Shown in pieces: positions 15,281 to 15,489 of a DNA stretch of 15,489 nt. Below the pieces are notes generated by a model. It had not been told where the DNA came from. It worked only from the letters and a program-made list of their open reading frames with translations, and did not search any database. The DNA lies in NCBI GenBank assembly GCA_963803975.1, contig CAWDOY010000041.1, forward strand, positions 1 through 15,489, in the 5' to 3' direction. Source of the stretch: an uncultured delta proteobacterium (GTDB taxonomy: Bacteria; Desulfobacterota; WTBG01; CAIYCZ01). Each line of letters starts with the position of its first letter. The stretch's first letter is position 1. A program made the translations under genes and the position numbers.

Positions 15281-15489
15281 GGCTCTCTCCAATAAATTTT
15301 ATAAAACCTCGGCAATTCTATTTCCTTGCAAAGAGTAAGCAGCCAGACTAACAGGACACCTCTGCAAGTCAACAGCTGCACGCAGTGCTGGAACGGCCCT
15401 TTTCAGAAAACAATAACTATAATATAACATGTATACAACTATAGCAATATGGAAGTTGGCTGATTAGCCGCGAGGAGATGCTAAATTAA

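Overview
A 15.5 kb window that is probably from an anaerobic deltaproteobacterium-like (Desulfobacterota) genome; this is inferred from the Geobacter-type multiheme cytochrome, the AcsE-like methyltransferase and the iron-sulfur flavoprotein. Several genes are broken only by single-base indels, most likely long-read consensus errors. From left to right: (1) a very large multiheme c-type cytochrome on the minus strand (~920 aa, ~33-34 heme motifs after manual frameshift repair), built from six tandem tetraheme modules plus a CxxxxCH/CxxCH-type tail; (2) an OmpR-family CusRS/CopRS-like two-component pair, preceded by an orphan ~90 bp fragment of the cytochrome module; (3) an iron-sulfur flavoprotein; (4) a 779-aa exported protein with ferrochelatase-like motifs and an FN3-like C-terminus, divergent from (5) a ferredoxin-dependent bilin reductase/RCCR-fold gene; (6) an exported C45 Ntn-hydrolase; (7) an AcsE-like pterin-binding methyltransferase; (8) an OB-fold-like lipoprotein; (9) a seven-repeat beta-propeller-like protein. 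I found no rRNA, tRNA, CRISPR array or mobile element. The best novelty candidates are the chelatase-like/bilin-reductase-like tetrapyrrole pair and the modular heme-wire cytochrome. All family assignments come from motif recognition by eye, not database searches.
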